Part shown: positions 21,028-30,854 of the stretch, piece after piece
Numbering within the stretch: the first letter of the stretch is position 1
Layout of the letters: every line of letters starts with the position of its first letter
Source of the DNA: Candidatus Sumerlaeales bacterium
Lineage (GTDB): Bacteria > Sumerlaeota > Sumerlaeia > Sumerlaeales > Sumerlaeaceae
Assembly: GCA_038243585.1 (NCBI GenBank)
Contig: JBBSQY010000008.1
Location: 1 to 64,000 of the forward strand
Direction: 5' to 3'
Length of the DNA stretch: 64,000 nt
Notes under the pieces: model-generated
Database searches by the model: none
Told to the model about the DNA's origin: nothing
Seen by the model: only the letters and a program-made list of their open reading frames with translations
Made by a program: the position numbers and the translations under genes

Positions 21028-24000
21028 CTAATTTAAAGGCAGCCTCTGGCGCGACCCCTTGTACATGACATCAAACGTCACGTTAAAAGGTTTTTTTAGC
21101 TCGTCAGGCTTCAACTTATACACGAAGATCGCATCCGTCGTTTTTCCTGCAGGCACCGTAGTGAGTTCCGTTTCGCCCAGATAGGTCTCCGGTAATTTAC
21201 TTGGCGACGAGTAGAACAGCACGCGAAGTCCGTGGGCGTCAGTCTGACCATCATTGCGAAGGCGAGCCAGCATTCGGACCTGGGTGGTAGCGGCGTCTTG
21301 CCGGCTTAGCGGCAAAACCCCAGCCCTTACCGTGTGGAGGTTTGCCTTTGTGCGGGCTGTAACAGTCAGGACTTTCTCATTATTATCTAGTTGGCGATCT
21401 GGTATTTCAGATGTAGATGCCGCAGTAAAGATCAGTTCATTTTTTCCCGCATTGCGAAATGGGTCCCACCGAAGCCGCATCGTTTCGCTGGAACCGGGTT
21501 CCAGATTCAGCAGCGGATTTGGAAGTGTCGCCTGCGAATCAAGCTTTTCCCTGTTATCTCCCCCAAGATTTCGGAAACCTTCCACTCTTATTCCATCCGC
21601 CTGGGCGGCTCCTTTATTTTCAACTGTTACGTCAAAAAAGACCGTCTCCCCGTCAGTGGGAGAATTATTGGACGGCACAACTGACATGACCGCCAAATCA
21701 GGAAATGTACCAGACCCAAGAATTATGGGGTACGCGGGATGCCGCGCGAACTCAGGGTAAAATCCCGCAGGATCAAATCGTAAATGGAAAGTTTCTGATG
21801 TTGCGCCGGATTGCAGACTCGCGGCAACCGATATTCGAGCTCGCTCTCCGGGCCCCGTAGGCGGCACGTTAGCAATGGAATCCTGTGCAACTACTCCTGC
21901 AGCATTCTCCAGCCCTACCCGCAGATTGCTTAGCGGTTCCTGCGCAATCATATACACATGTGCAGTTATGGCAGCCGTCACGTGCGCCGTAGTCCCACGG
22001 TTGCTGATAACTACCGAACGGCCATCCACCACGGCCGGGGCGAGTTTATCGCGCATGTTTTCCGGACGAATCCCGGCAACTGCGACAGGCACAGCGGTCT
22101 CCACGGCGCGGTGAGCGGTTCCGTCAGAAACCTCAACACGTAAAGGAGTTAGTCCCGGCACTGTAGGAACATCTAACATAATGTCGCCGTCTGCCAAGGG
22201 TAGAAAATCCGTCGGGGAGGAAACAGCAGCGACTTCTCCAGTCACTTCCGAGAGGAGCCGCAAATGGATGCCTCGCAATGGAATCGGAGAGTTGTTCCTC
22301 AGCCGAACTTTCAAGGTCGCTGTTGCGTCGCCGTCGACAGCGTTGTCAACCCGGTCCCATTGCAGCACCTTTAATGCAGGCAGAATCACTACTGGAACAA
22401 ATGTAGAAACGGAGCGGGCGGCGGTCGTGCGCGTATCCCGCAAGGAAAGCGACAGCGCCTGGGCGAGATCGGGCAAAAACTCCGGCAATGGTAGCGCAAC
22501 AGTGGCGCTGGTGTACGCTTGGATTCGTTTCGAGTCGATATGAGCGCCATAGTGGTGCATCTGGAACGAACCGCCCCCATCAATCCCTGTAGTATCAGGA
22601 GGCAAAATGATAGTTCCCGGCCATTGAGTCACCTGCTTATCGGCTGCCCCCCTGGGACTCGCCGGCTTCGAGATGCGCGGGATAAGCAGCGGATCACCAA
22701 GGAGGATATACATACGAGCCAAATCTTCCGGATTTCCGGCCGCCAAATAGCGCCACAGCGCCAGTTGCAGGCTCTGCCCCAGCGGCCTCATATCCTCTCC
22801 AAAAAGCTCCCGGCCCACCTCCATCATCAGCCTCTCGTGCTGCACCGTCAGGCCAGGCCCGCTGGGCACAAAACAGGCCACCGCGCCGCCATTTGGCACC
22901 CGCATGAAATCTTCGCTTATGTTCACGTCCCAGCGCGGCTGAGGGTAGTCGATTGCTCCGCTGTTACAAGTCATATTAATAACGATAGAGAGCCGATCCC
23001 GATTAGTCAGCAGCAGGTTATCGCTGTTAGGGCTGTCCCCGCCAAACCACATGCGCTCAGTGCTCCAGATGTTTGGCGAGCCGTGGCCAAAATAAGTAAC
23101 TACCGCGGCGCCCTTGTTAAACATATCCCGGATTCGTCCCGTCGCGACTGGGCTCACTTTGGCCTTCTGGGCTTCGGCCACCTCTTCAGGAAAGTAGTAG
23201 TTGTCAATCCACGGCAGTTCAGACATCATGATTCGATCCAGAAAAAAACGCGGCGGAACCACCTGTTTCATGATTCGATCAACCGACTCCTCAAACTCGG
23301 AATGATCGGCGATAAAACCCAGCGTGTTCTGCCACGAGCCTGGCGCGGACGCCGATTCGTAGTCCAATTGTTTACTCAGCAGATTACGCAGATCTTCTGT
23401 GGAATTTACGGAGAATCTTCCCACTATGGCATCCGCGAACGCATCATTTCCAAACAGCGAAACATACCACTGATCCGAGGCAAAGATATCGCTGCCAGCA
23501 GACGTGCGCATAGTCGGTACGTAATTGATAACGTCGTTTCGAAACTCATTTCGATAAGCGCTGGTGGAATCACCAACCAGCAAAACCACCGATGCCGCCG
23601 AGCCCGCGTCGCTGCCTTGCCAATGAATGGCCGCATAGCGCAGAAACGCCCGAATCGCGTGGGGCGATAGATGTCCGAAGCCAAACTGATCGTAGATATC
23701 GTGTACGTCCACCACCTTAACCGCATAACCTTTGGAAACTTTTCGTTCCACCCAAGGCTCCAGATCTTTAATGAATTCCGGGGCCGCAATTACAACAACA
23801 TCCGCGCGGTTATCTGGACTTCGAAGATCGTTCTTCTGCTCAACCTTGTTAAGCGTTACATGATTGACACCAGCGGGGATAGCGGCCACATACCGGCGCG
23901 ATATCGGGCCTTGAGTTGTGATGATCAGTTTGCTGTTAACAACCGGCAGTCGATGGATTTGCGGATTTGTAGTCGAAACGTCCGCTACTAAAACCGTTGA

Positions 24001-25617
24001 GGACTGATTGTCTACGCTCACAGTAATAACCCCGCCGACGTCCGATGGCGGCGTAAATTCCAGCGTTCTGCTGGTCATCGGGTGCGAAGGACCCGCTGAG
24101 CGATCCCTCTCGCTGCTGAATATGTAAGCCCGTGGATAAGTGACCTCCAGCCTGTCGAAACAGAGTTCAGGCAGGCTTTTGGTGTCTGTAGTCACCCTAG
24201 GTGTGAGCGTTATCTGGTTCGAGCCAGCATTCAGCAAATCCGAAGGGACAGAAACTTTTTGCTCCAGCCCGGATGTCTCCGAAACCTCAATCTGCCCAAG
24301 GGGTTTGCCGTTTACCTGTAAATCGAATGGCACCGGGACGCTTTCTTTTCCCCAGAGATGGACATAAAAGTTAAAGGTTAGAGTCGTCGAAGCCTTGGCA
24401 TCAGAAAGACCCGGCAGATCGAAACCAATTTCCCCGGGTTGATCGTAACTTCTAGGCTGCGGAAGTCCGCTTCCGCTCCCGGTCGGAGTCCACGTCCACC
24501 ATACCCAACGATAACCAAGAATGGTAAGAAACTGATCGTTAGTTGTTAATACCGGTGGCGTATCCTGCTGAACCGTTCTGTGCGCCATGAAATGTTGCGT
24601 TTTCGCTACCGGAGCAGACGATTCTGCCACTGGGTGCATATCCAGACTGGATTCCAGAGCTGTTAGATCGGTGCGTATCCAATACACACGGCTGGCTGTA
24701 TAAGTACTCTGGTTCTCCTGAGAATAAAGGGTAAATTCATCCTCCGGTTTTACCGGGCGCGACTCGTCGGTTTCATACAGCAACCACTGCTGTTCGCCGT
24801 TGCTCCACACGGTCACCCGGCTTACATCCGTCTTTGTCAGATTAACTCCGACGCCAGCCAGGTCCGCCCCCGTAAACCGCACAAAACCTTCGCCAGTCGT
24901 TTCAAAACGCGCCACCGATGTGCCGTGGATTCCCAGCGGCGGGCTGCCCTCATCCTCCGTCGGGTCGGGGGCCTGCTCTAGCGGAAGAGCGAATTTTCCT
25001 ATATCTTCCGGATTCGCCACCAGTTGCGCGACCATTTCATCCAGCGGATTTAGCAAAGAAACCCCATTGTCTGAGCCGTCAACCGTATCAGCTATGGGTT
25101 CTTTGTAAGAAATTGTTAATGTTCCTGATTTCAAACGCGCCCCGGCGGCACCCGGTAAGATAGCCGATATCTGCACCTTGACCAGCCGATGACCGCGGAT
25201 GAACCCCAGATGCTTTGCCACCACCCGCTGCGCGCTTTCATAATCTGCGACTGCAACAGTCCCAGTCGTGATGCCGCTTTTAGTCTCCGATTCGCCTCTG
25301 GCACTTTCATAACCCGTTAATGCGGCAGAAGTAATTTCACCGGCAGGCGCTGCCAAAGTCAGGTCGATGGAGTTCCCGGTAAACTCCGGACGTACATTAA
25401 TTTGAGCGGTTAAATGATTCTCATGGACGCTGACTGACGTTACCTCCGCCGGCGGCAATGTCTGCTGCCGCATGGCGTCTCTGGCAGCCTCACGATACCA
25501 CTCAAAATCGGCAGACTCTAAAACCGCCCACGCAGATTGGCAGCTAAATGCGCTAAAGAGCAGTAAAGCCCCAACTTTTGTGACAATATTCCATCTCGTG
25601 CGGCGATACAGCCTCAT
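21028..25617 (-). CDS. C25 family (gingipain/PorU-like) cysteine peptidase with C-terminal CARDB/Ig domains
   Basis: Signal peptide after ATG 25617; IYDQF..AIRAFL, VLLVGD, SDQWY, VGRF, YFGHG (His), MTCNSG (Cys), LLGDP; CARDB-like PDLAV..VENKG..DNNE. Confidence 0.88.
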   Translation of the reverse strand: MRLYRRTRWNIVTKVGALLLFSAFSCQSAWAVLESADFEWYREAARDAMRQQTLPPAEVTSVSVHENHLTAQINVRPEFTGNSIDLTLAAPAGEITSAALTGYESARGESETKSGITTGTVAVADYESAQRVVAKHLGFIRGHRLVKVQISAILPGAAGARLKSGTLTISYKEPIADTVDGSDNGVSLLNPLDEMVAQLVANPEDIGKFALPLEQAPDPTEDEGSPPLGIHGTSVARFETTGEGFVRFTGADLAGVGVNLTKTDVSRVTVWSNGEQQWLLYETDESRPVKPEDEFTLYSQENQSTYTASRVYWIRTDLTALESSLDMHPVAESSAPVAKTQHFMAHRTVQQDTPPVLTTNDQFLTILGYRWVWWTWTPTGSGSGLPQPRSYDQPGEIGFDLPGLSDAKASTTLTFNFYVHLWGKESVPVPFDLQVNGKPLGQIEVSETSGLEQKVSVPSDLLNAGSNQITLTPRVTTDTKSLPELCFDRLEVTYPRAYIFSSERDRSAGPSHPMTSRTLEFTPPSDVGGVITVSVDNQSSTVLVADVSTTNPQIHRLPVVNSKLIITTQGPISRRYVAAIPAGVNHVTLNKVEQKNDLRSPDNRADVVVIAAPEFIKDLEPWVERKVSKGYAVKVVDVHDIYDQFGFGHLSPHAIRAFLRYAAIHWQGSDAGSAASVVLLVGDSTSAYRNEFRNDVINYVPTMRTSAGSDIFASDQWYVSLFGNDAFADAIVGRFSVNSTEDLRNLLSKQLDYESASAPGSWQNTLGFIADHSEFEESVDRIMKQVVPPRFFLDRIMMSELPWIDNYYFPEEVAEAQKAKVSPVATGRIRDMFNKGAAVVTYFGHGSPNIWSTERMWFGGDSPNSDNLLLTNRDRLSIVINMTCNSGAIDYPQPRWDVNISEDFMRVPNGGAVACFVPSGPGLTVQHERLMMEVGRELFGEDMRPLGQSLQLALWRYLAAGNPEDLARMYILLGDPLLIPRISKPASPRGAADKQVTQWPGTIILPPDTTGIDGGGSFQMHHYGAHIDSKRIQAYTSATVALPLPEFLPDLAQALSLSLRDTRTTAARSVSTFVPVVILPALKVLQWDRVDNAVDGDATATLKVRLRNNSPIPLRGIHLRLLSEVTGEVAAVSSPTDFLPLADGDIMLDVPTVPGLTPLRVEVSDGTAHRAVETAVPVAVAGIRPENMRDKLAPAVVDGRSVVISNRGTTAHVTAAITAHVYMIAQEPLSNLRVGLENAAGVVAQDSIANVPPTGPGERARISVAASLQSGATSETFHLRFDPAGFYPEFARHPAYPIILGSGTFPDLAVMSVVPSNNSPTDGETVFFDVTVENKGAAQADGIRVEGFRNLGGDNREKLDSQATLPNPLLNLEPGSSETMRLRWDPFRNAGKNELIFTAASTSEIPDRQLDNNEKVLTVTARTKANLHTVRAGVLPLSRQDAATTQVRMLARLRNDGQTDAHGLRVLFYSSPSKLPETYLGETELTTVPAGKTTDAIFVYKLKPDELKKPFNVTFDVMYKGSRQRLPLN

Positions 25618-25691
25618 TCGGTAACTGTCCTCCCGTTGCCGACCACAACTTTGCTTGATTTCCGCTATTTTGGAACAGGTATCTGGAGGGG

Positions 25692-26840
25692 ATGTTCGCA
25701 ATGGAAAATCAATTGAGAGTACTGCACCTCGTAAGTAACTCCCGCTGGACCGGCGTCGGAGAGCCAGCGGCCAGCCTGGCAACGCATCAGCAGGCGGATG
25801 GCTGGACCGTATGGATAGCCTGCATCTGGGGCCGCAGTATGGAAGAGAGACTCCGGGAGTTGAAGCTGCCGCTGGCCGAAGAATTAAAGATCCCCCGGCG
25901 AATTAATCCTCTGGCCACCCTCGCCGATGTGGGGGACCTGAAAAGGTTTATAAAGCAACACAGGGTCCAGGTTGTCCATTGTCACCAGTTGCATGAGCAT
26001 TGGCTGGCAGCACTAGCGGTTAAAAGTTTGGGCAAATCAGATCGCCCCCTGCTGGTTCGAACTGTCCACCGCCACGAACCCATGCGCCGCGACCCCTGGC
26101 ACCACTGGTTGTTTGCAAAAGCCACGGACCTTCTCATTGCCGTTTCTAAGGAACAGACTAATCTGATCCGTCAGGCATATCCCCGCGCTCGAGCCGGCGT
26201 CGAAACAATATATGGCGGCGTGAACCCGGATAAATACCATGATGATGCCGACGGAGGCCGGGAAATACGCTTAGAATTGGGAGCCGAACCAGACGCCGTA
26301 GTAGGCGGGATCGTGGCTCACCTGGGCTATAACCGGGGCCACCGCTGGCTTCTACAGGCGGCGCCGGAGGCGTTATTGCAGGCGCCAAAAGGAGTCGTTT
26401 GGATTGTAGGAAAAGGGGAAATGAAAAAAGAGCTTCGCCAGGCCAGCCGGGAACCTCAGTACGATGGTAGGCTGGCCATGGCAGGATACCGCAGCCATGA
26501 TCTCGTCCAAACCTACGCGGCCATGGATTTCGCAATGCTACTAGGCCTGGGTAGTGAAGGTAGCGCCCGCGCCGCTTTAGAGGCCATGGCTTGTGGAAAA
26601 CCGGTAATCGCCGTAGACAAGGGTGCCCTGCGCGACTCCATAACCCACGGCGTAGATGGCTTTCTTGTCGAGGAGGGAGACGTAAAAGCGTTGTCGAAGT
26701 GTCTAACCGACCTGCTAACGTCTCCTGAAAAATGCAAAACCATGGGCGCCGCAGCCAGGAAAAAAATCCTGAATGGATTTACGGAAGCCCGTCGCCACGA
26801 GTTAACCAGCCACGCTTATCATCAAGCATTATTAAAGTAG
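25692..26840 (+). CDS. Glycosyltransferase family 4 (GT-B)
   Basis: SEGSARAALEAMACGKPVIA EX7E motif, GVDGFLV. Confidence 0.9.
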   Translation: MFAMENQLRVLHLVSNSRWTGVGEPAASLATHQQADGWTVWIACIWGRSMEERLRELKLPLAEELKIPRRINPLATLADVGDLKRFIKQHRVQVVHCHQLHEHWLAALAVKSLGKSDRPLLVRTVHRHEPMRRDPWHHWLFAKATDLLIAVSKEQTNLIRQAYPRARAGVETIYGGVNPDKYHDDADGGREIRLELGAEPDAVVGGIVAHLGYNRGHRWLLQAAPEALLQAPKGVVWIVGKGEMKKELRQASREPQYDGRLAMAGYRSHDLVQTYAAMDFAMLLGLGSEGSARAALEAMACGKPVIAVDKGALRDSITHGVDGFLVEEGDVKALSKCLTDLLTSPEKCKTMGAAARKKILNGFTEARRHELTSHAYHQALLK

Positions 26841-26892
26841 CCTAATCGTTCGCCTGTGTAATTTTGAAGTAGCATAGGCGTCCCGCTTTATG
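26837..26892 (+). repeat. Two degenerate REP-like units
   Basis: GTAGCATAGGCG-TCC-CGCTTTATG (26869-26892) and a more decayed GTAGC..CGCCTGTG at 26837. Confidence 0.45.
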
Positions 26893-26981
26893 TAGTCCGA
26901 CAAATCGGATCTGTTTGACTATCAATACAAGTCTACCATAACCTGTTGCGTTTGAAAAAACCAATCCACTAAATCCCACTC

Positions 26982-29474
26982 ATGTTATTAGCATTCACTT
27001 GGTATTTGGCCTTGCAGCTCTTTGCTTTAGCGGCTTGGCCCCTGACTTTCTCGATTTGTAATCGACTGTACGATCGCGGCTATGGACTTAGCAAGGGGCT
27101 TGGTCTCGTGCTGATCACCTTTATCACCTGGGCACTGGCCCATCTGGCGGGCAGAGTGCCGGCCCTTGGATTTTCCTTTGCCACCGTTTCGTTTGCCTGG
27201 GTTGCCGTATTAACACTTTCATTGATAAGCATTGCCCGTCATTGGCATGAGATCAGTCGATTTCTTCGCCGGGAGTTGCGCTTTATATTGACCCTCGAAG
27301 CGATCCTTCTCGTGGCCTTCGTTCTCATGACCGGGCTCCGCGCCGCCGTGCCTCATATCAGTTTCTATGTTCCAAACCCAATGCCCGGGTCCGTGATCGA
27401 TCACGCGGCGGAAAAGTTTACTGATTTCGGCGTCCTAAACAGCCTGCTCACCTCCAGCGCTTTTCCTCCTCATGATGCCTGGGTCAGCGGCCTCACTCTC
27501 AATTACTACTACTTCGGCCACATGCTCTGGGCCACACTCATAAAGTTCAGCAGCATCAGGCCAGAAATAGGATTTAATCTGGCCCTTGCTTCGGCCTTTG
27601 CCCTGGCCGCGGCGCTGTCGTTTTCTCTCGGCTACAACCTGACCCGCCGCCTGCGGTGGGGGTTCCTGATGCTTTTTCTTATTGTCCTGTCCAGCAACCT
27701 CGACGGCTTCCTCCAGCTTGTCGGCGCGGTAAAAACCGCGCTTCTCGATTCGGGGGGCGACAACGCCTGGTATTTTGGCGACAGGCCCTGGTGGCGAAAT
27801 TACGACTTTTGGCGGAGCAGCCGCGCCATTGAAAATACCATTAACGAGTTTCCCGCGTTCAGCTTCATCTTGGGCGATCTCCATGCCCACCTGTCCGCGC
27901 TGATCATTAATCTGTGCGGCTGGAATGTCGCATTGCAGATGCACCGAAGCGCACGGCGTTACAGGTCTTTGTGGCGTTACGAGGTTCACGTGTGGGACGA
28001 GCTGTTTCTGGCGGCGCTCATCTGCGGGGCGCTCAGCGCGACAAATAGTTGGGACGTGCCGCTTTTTGCCGGCGTGATCGCCCTTGCCCTGTGGAGCGGC
28101 GGCACGGGCAGACGCGACCCTTACGCTTACGAGGCTCCTGCCGTGGCGATGGCAAACCGCGCCGGGCGAGCCGTTGAAGCGCTGATGGTGGCAGCGATTG
28201 TCACTGTCTTTGGCGTGGCGATTCTGTTCCTCCCGTTCCTTTGGAATTTTACAGCCCCTGCTCCGCCGCTGGAAGCCGTTGAGAAAGTCGCCAATGGCGT
28301 TACGAAATCGGTAATGGAGCCCGGTAGTCTAATTAAATTGGTGTTGCCGTCGAACCGCAGCAGCAGCTTTGAGTTCGTTGCCCACTGGGCTTTGCTGGCA
28401 GTTTATCCTGCGGCCTTGCTGATTCTCATCTGGCGACGCAGGCCGTTGGTCCAACGATCTGACGTTCCATCTGCCAACCCGATAAAATCGATTGCGCTGC
28501 TACTGGTCGCCGGAGCGGTTGCCGCGGTGCTTTTGCCTCTTTGGCAGGGATGGGTTTCCATCGCCATGGCCGCCTTCGCGGTGCTGATCGGCTGCCTGCT
28601 GGTGATGCTTCATCTGCCTCCGATGACGCGATGGATGAGCGGTTTACTGCTGATGTTTTGCGTCATGACCTGGTTCTGTGAACTGTTCTATGTGGACGAT
28701 GTTTACGTTGGAACAATTGAGCGCATTAACACGGTTTTTAAAGTTTATTACGGCCTTTGGCCCATGATGGCTGTGGCGACCGTGATGAGTCTGCGCATTC
28801 TGATCCGGCTGACTCCCAACCGGAGACGGCGGGCGTTGTGGCTGATTGCGCCCCTTGTCATTGCGGGTTCGCCTTACATGATACTCGGCACAATGCATCG
28901 CATCGAAAGCTCTACGCGGTTGGGTCACTGGACTCCGCCAACGGACAGCCCGGACACCGAGCCGCCTGCGGCGCTGCTGCGCCCGGAGGCGCGGGCGAAG
29001 AACCTGACAGAGGCGCTAGACGGCCTGCGCTATCTGTCATTCGTGCATCCGCCGGATTACGCCGCCCTGATGTGGGCGCGGGCAAACCTACCCACTAACG
29101 CTGTGCTGCTGGAAGCCGCAGGCGCCCAATATACCTATGCCGGGCGCTTCGGCACTATTACCGGACGGCCAAGCTTTGCTGGCCTTATCGGCCATGCGTC
29201 CAACTGGCGTGGCAGCGCCTTTGGCGATCCGAACAATCCAAATAATGAACACGCGCGCCGGCTGGACGTGGTAGCAAAGATTTACAATGAGGAAGATCCA
29301 TCAAAGGCGCTGCAGATGATTCGCAACGAGGACATCCAGTATGTGATCGTGGGGAATCAAGAGCGGGAACAGTATCCGACTCTGGATGAGGAAAAGTTTA
29401 AGACGCTGGCTGAAAGGGTCTTCTCTCATGGCAATACCAGCATCTACAAAGTCAGCGAAAATCCGATAAAGTGA
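26982..29474 (+). CDS. DUF2298 / Chlor_Arch_YYY polytopic membrane protein (GT-C-like)
   Basis: EKFTDF, FPPHDAW..LNYYYFGH, INEFPAFSFILGDLHAH, NSWD, RINTVFKVY, LDGL. Confidence 0.88.
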   Translation: MLLAFTWYLALQLFALAAWPLTFSICNRLYDRGYGLSKGLGLVLITFITWALAHLAGRVPALGFSFATVSFAWVAVLTLSLISIARHWHEISRFLRRELRFILTLEAILLVAFVLMTGLRAAVPHISFYVPNPMPGSVIDHAAEKFTDFGVLNSLLTSSAFPPHDAWVSGLTLNYYYFGHMLWATLIKFSSIRPEIGFNLALASAFALAAALSFSLGYNLTRRLRWGFLMLFLIVLSSNLDGFLQLVGAVKTALLDSGGDNAWYFGDRPWWRNYDFWRSSRAIENTINEFPAFSFILGDLHAHLSALIINLCGWNVALQMHRSARRYRSLWRYEVHVWDELFLAALICGALSATNSWDVPLFAGVIALALWSGGTGRRDPYAYEAPAVAMANRAGRAVEALMVAAIVTVFGVAILFLPFLWNFTAPAPPLEAVEKVANGVTKSVMEPGSLIKLVLPSNRSSSFEFVAHWALLAVYPAALLILIWRRRPLVQRSDVPSANPIKSIALLLVAGAVAAVLLPLWQGWVSIAMAAFAVLIGCLLVMLHLPPMTRWMSGLLLMFCVMTWFCELFYVDDVYVGTIERINTVFKVYYGLWPMMAVATVMSLRILIRLTPNRRRRALWLIAPLVIAGSPYMILGTMHRIESSTRLGHWTPPTDSPDTEPPAALLRPEARAKNLTEALDGLRYLSFVHPPDYAALMWARANLPTNAVLLEAAGAQYTYAGRFGTITGRPSFAGLIGHASNWRGSAFGDPNNPNNEHARRLDVVAKIYNEEDPSKALQMIRNEDIQYVIVGNQEREQYPTLDEEKFKTLAERVFSHGNTSIYKVSENPIK

Positions 29475-30670
29475 TCAACGCATCAGAACAGGCTGACAAC
29501 TTCGACCCGTGTGACTCTAACTTCGACTCCGTTGGCCTATACATTCATGTCCCTTTTTGCGAGCAAAAATGTGCTTATTGCGACTTCTTCACCGTCACCG
29601 ACCCAAAGCGCGTCCACCCTCTGTTCGACCAATGGCTCGATCTCTGCCTGGCCGAACTGCGCCTTTGGATGCGGCGCTACCCGCGACTTGTTGGTCGGCC
29701 TGTCGAAACTATGTTTTTTGGCGGAGGCACCCCCAGCCTGCTGCCCCCGGACCGGTTTGCGCAATTTATTGGCGCGCTAAAGGCTGAGTTTCCTGTTTCC
29801 GCCGCCGCGGAAGTAACCTTGGAGACTCAACCGGCCACGCTGTCGCCGGCCGATTACTACGCAATGACCCAAGCGGGCATCAACAGGTTCAGCATCGGTG
29901 TCCAGACGTTTAACGAGCGGCTACTTATGCCCACCGCCCGCCGCCACACGGTAACCGACGCGGAGGAGACTCTTCGCCGGGCAACGGATTCCGGCGCAGC
30001 CGTATCTCTCGACATGATATGCGCCCTGCCGGGACAAACGATTGCGGAGTGGCAGGATGATCTGCAGCGTGCAATAAGTTTTACCCCGGATCACATGAGC
30101 GTATACGAGATGACATTTCATGCAGGAACCCAGTATTACCGCCAATGGAAACGGGGAGTAATTTCAGAAGCCGATGACGCCATCCGCGCGGAAATGTTTC
30201 AGTACACCCGCGCCCGCCTGACTGAAGTAGGCTACATCCATTACGAAATCAGCAACTACGCTCGGCCCGGCAATGAATCCCTGCACAACCGAATCTACTG
30301 GACGTTGTCGAATTTCATCGGTTTGGGTGCGGGAGCCCATTCCTATATTGGAGGCCACCGCTTCGAAAATCCTCGAAGCGCTGACGATTACGCCCGGGCG
30401 ATCAAGGCGGGAAGACTTTTCGCCCGCCCCCACGACAGTCTCGATCCGGATATTACGCTGATAGAGAACCTTCAAATGGCGCTGCGGTTAACAAAGGGTG
30501 TAAACCTTAACTGGCTTACGGACCGCCTGGGGCAGGATATTCGCCTGACCCGGGGCTCGAAACTGGCGGAGTTAGAAGCCCGCAACTGGATAACCCTGAC
30601 AAAATCTCATCTGAGCCTTACGCAGGAGGGGCAGTTACAGGCGGACTCCGTTTCGGAGTACCTGCTTTAG
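29471..30670 (+). CDS. hemW: Radical SAM heme chaperone HemW (HemN-like)
   Basis: YIHVPFCEQKCAYCDF, FGGGTPS, YEISNY, HNRIYW; the start overlaps the upstream stop (GTGA). Confidence 0.9.
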   Translation: MINASEQADNFDPCDSNFDSVGLYIHVPFCEQKCAYCDFFTVTDPKRVHPLFDQWLDLCLAELRLWMRRYPRLVGRPVETMFFGGGTPSLLPPDRFAQFIGALKAEFPVSAAAEVTLETQPATLSPADYYAMTQAGINRFSIGVQTFNERLLMPTARRHTVTDAEETLRRATDSGAAVSLDMICALPGQTIAEWQDDLQRAISFTPDHMSVYEMTFHAGTQYYRQWKRGVISEADDAIRAEMFQYTRARLTEVGYIHYEISNYARPGNESLHNRIYWTLSNFIGLGAGAHSYIGGHRFENPRSADDYARAIKAGRLFARPHDSLDPDITLIENLQMALRLTKGVNLNWLTDRLGQDIRLTRGSKLAELEARNWITLTKSHLSLTQEGQLQADSVSEYLL

Positions 30671-30854
30671 CTTAAACTCGGACTCTGAAAATAGTTAGCC
30701 TTGTGACTTCGCAAGCACCTAGTGAATTTCTACTAGCGAGCAGTATGTTAAATAATAGACAACTTTCTTGTCGCCTGTTTGCGGAATTCCGCGCGTGGCT
30801 ATCATAAAATAATGTAAATGCCGGTCACAGGCCGGCCGGAGGTCATCTGGAGCA

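Noticed and set aside
22519..23670. 383-aa plus-strand ORF
   Set aside because: Shadow of the C25 peptidase; composition is not protein-like
25618..25782. Apparent overlap of the C25 and GT4 genes
   Set aside because: Disappears when ATG 25617, which precedes the signal peptide, is used as the start
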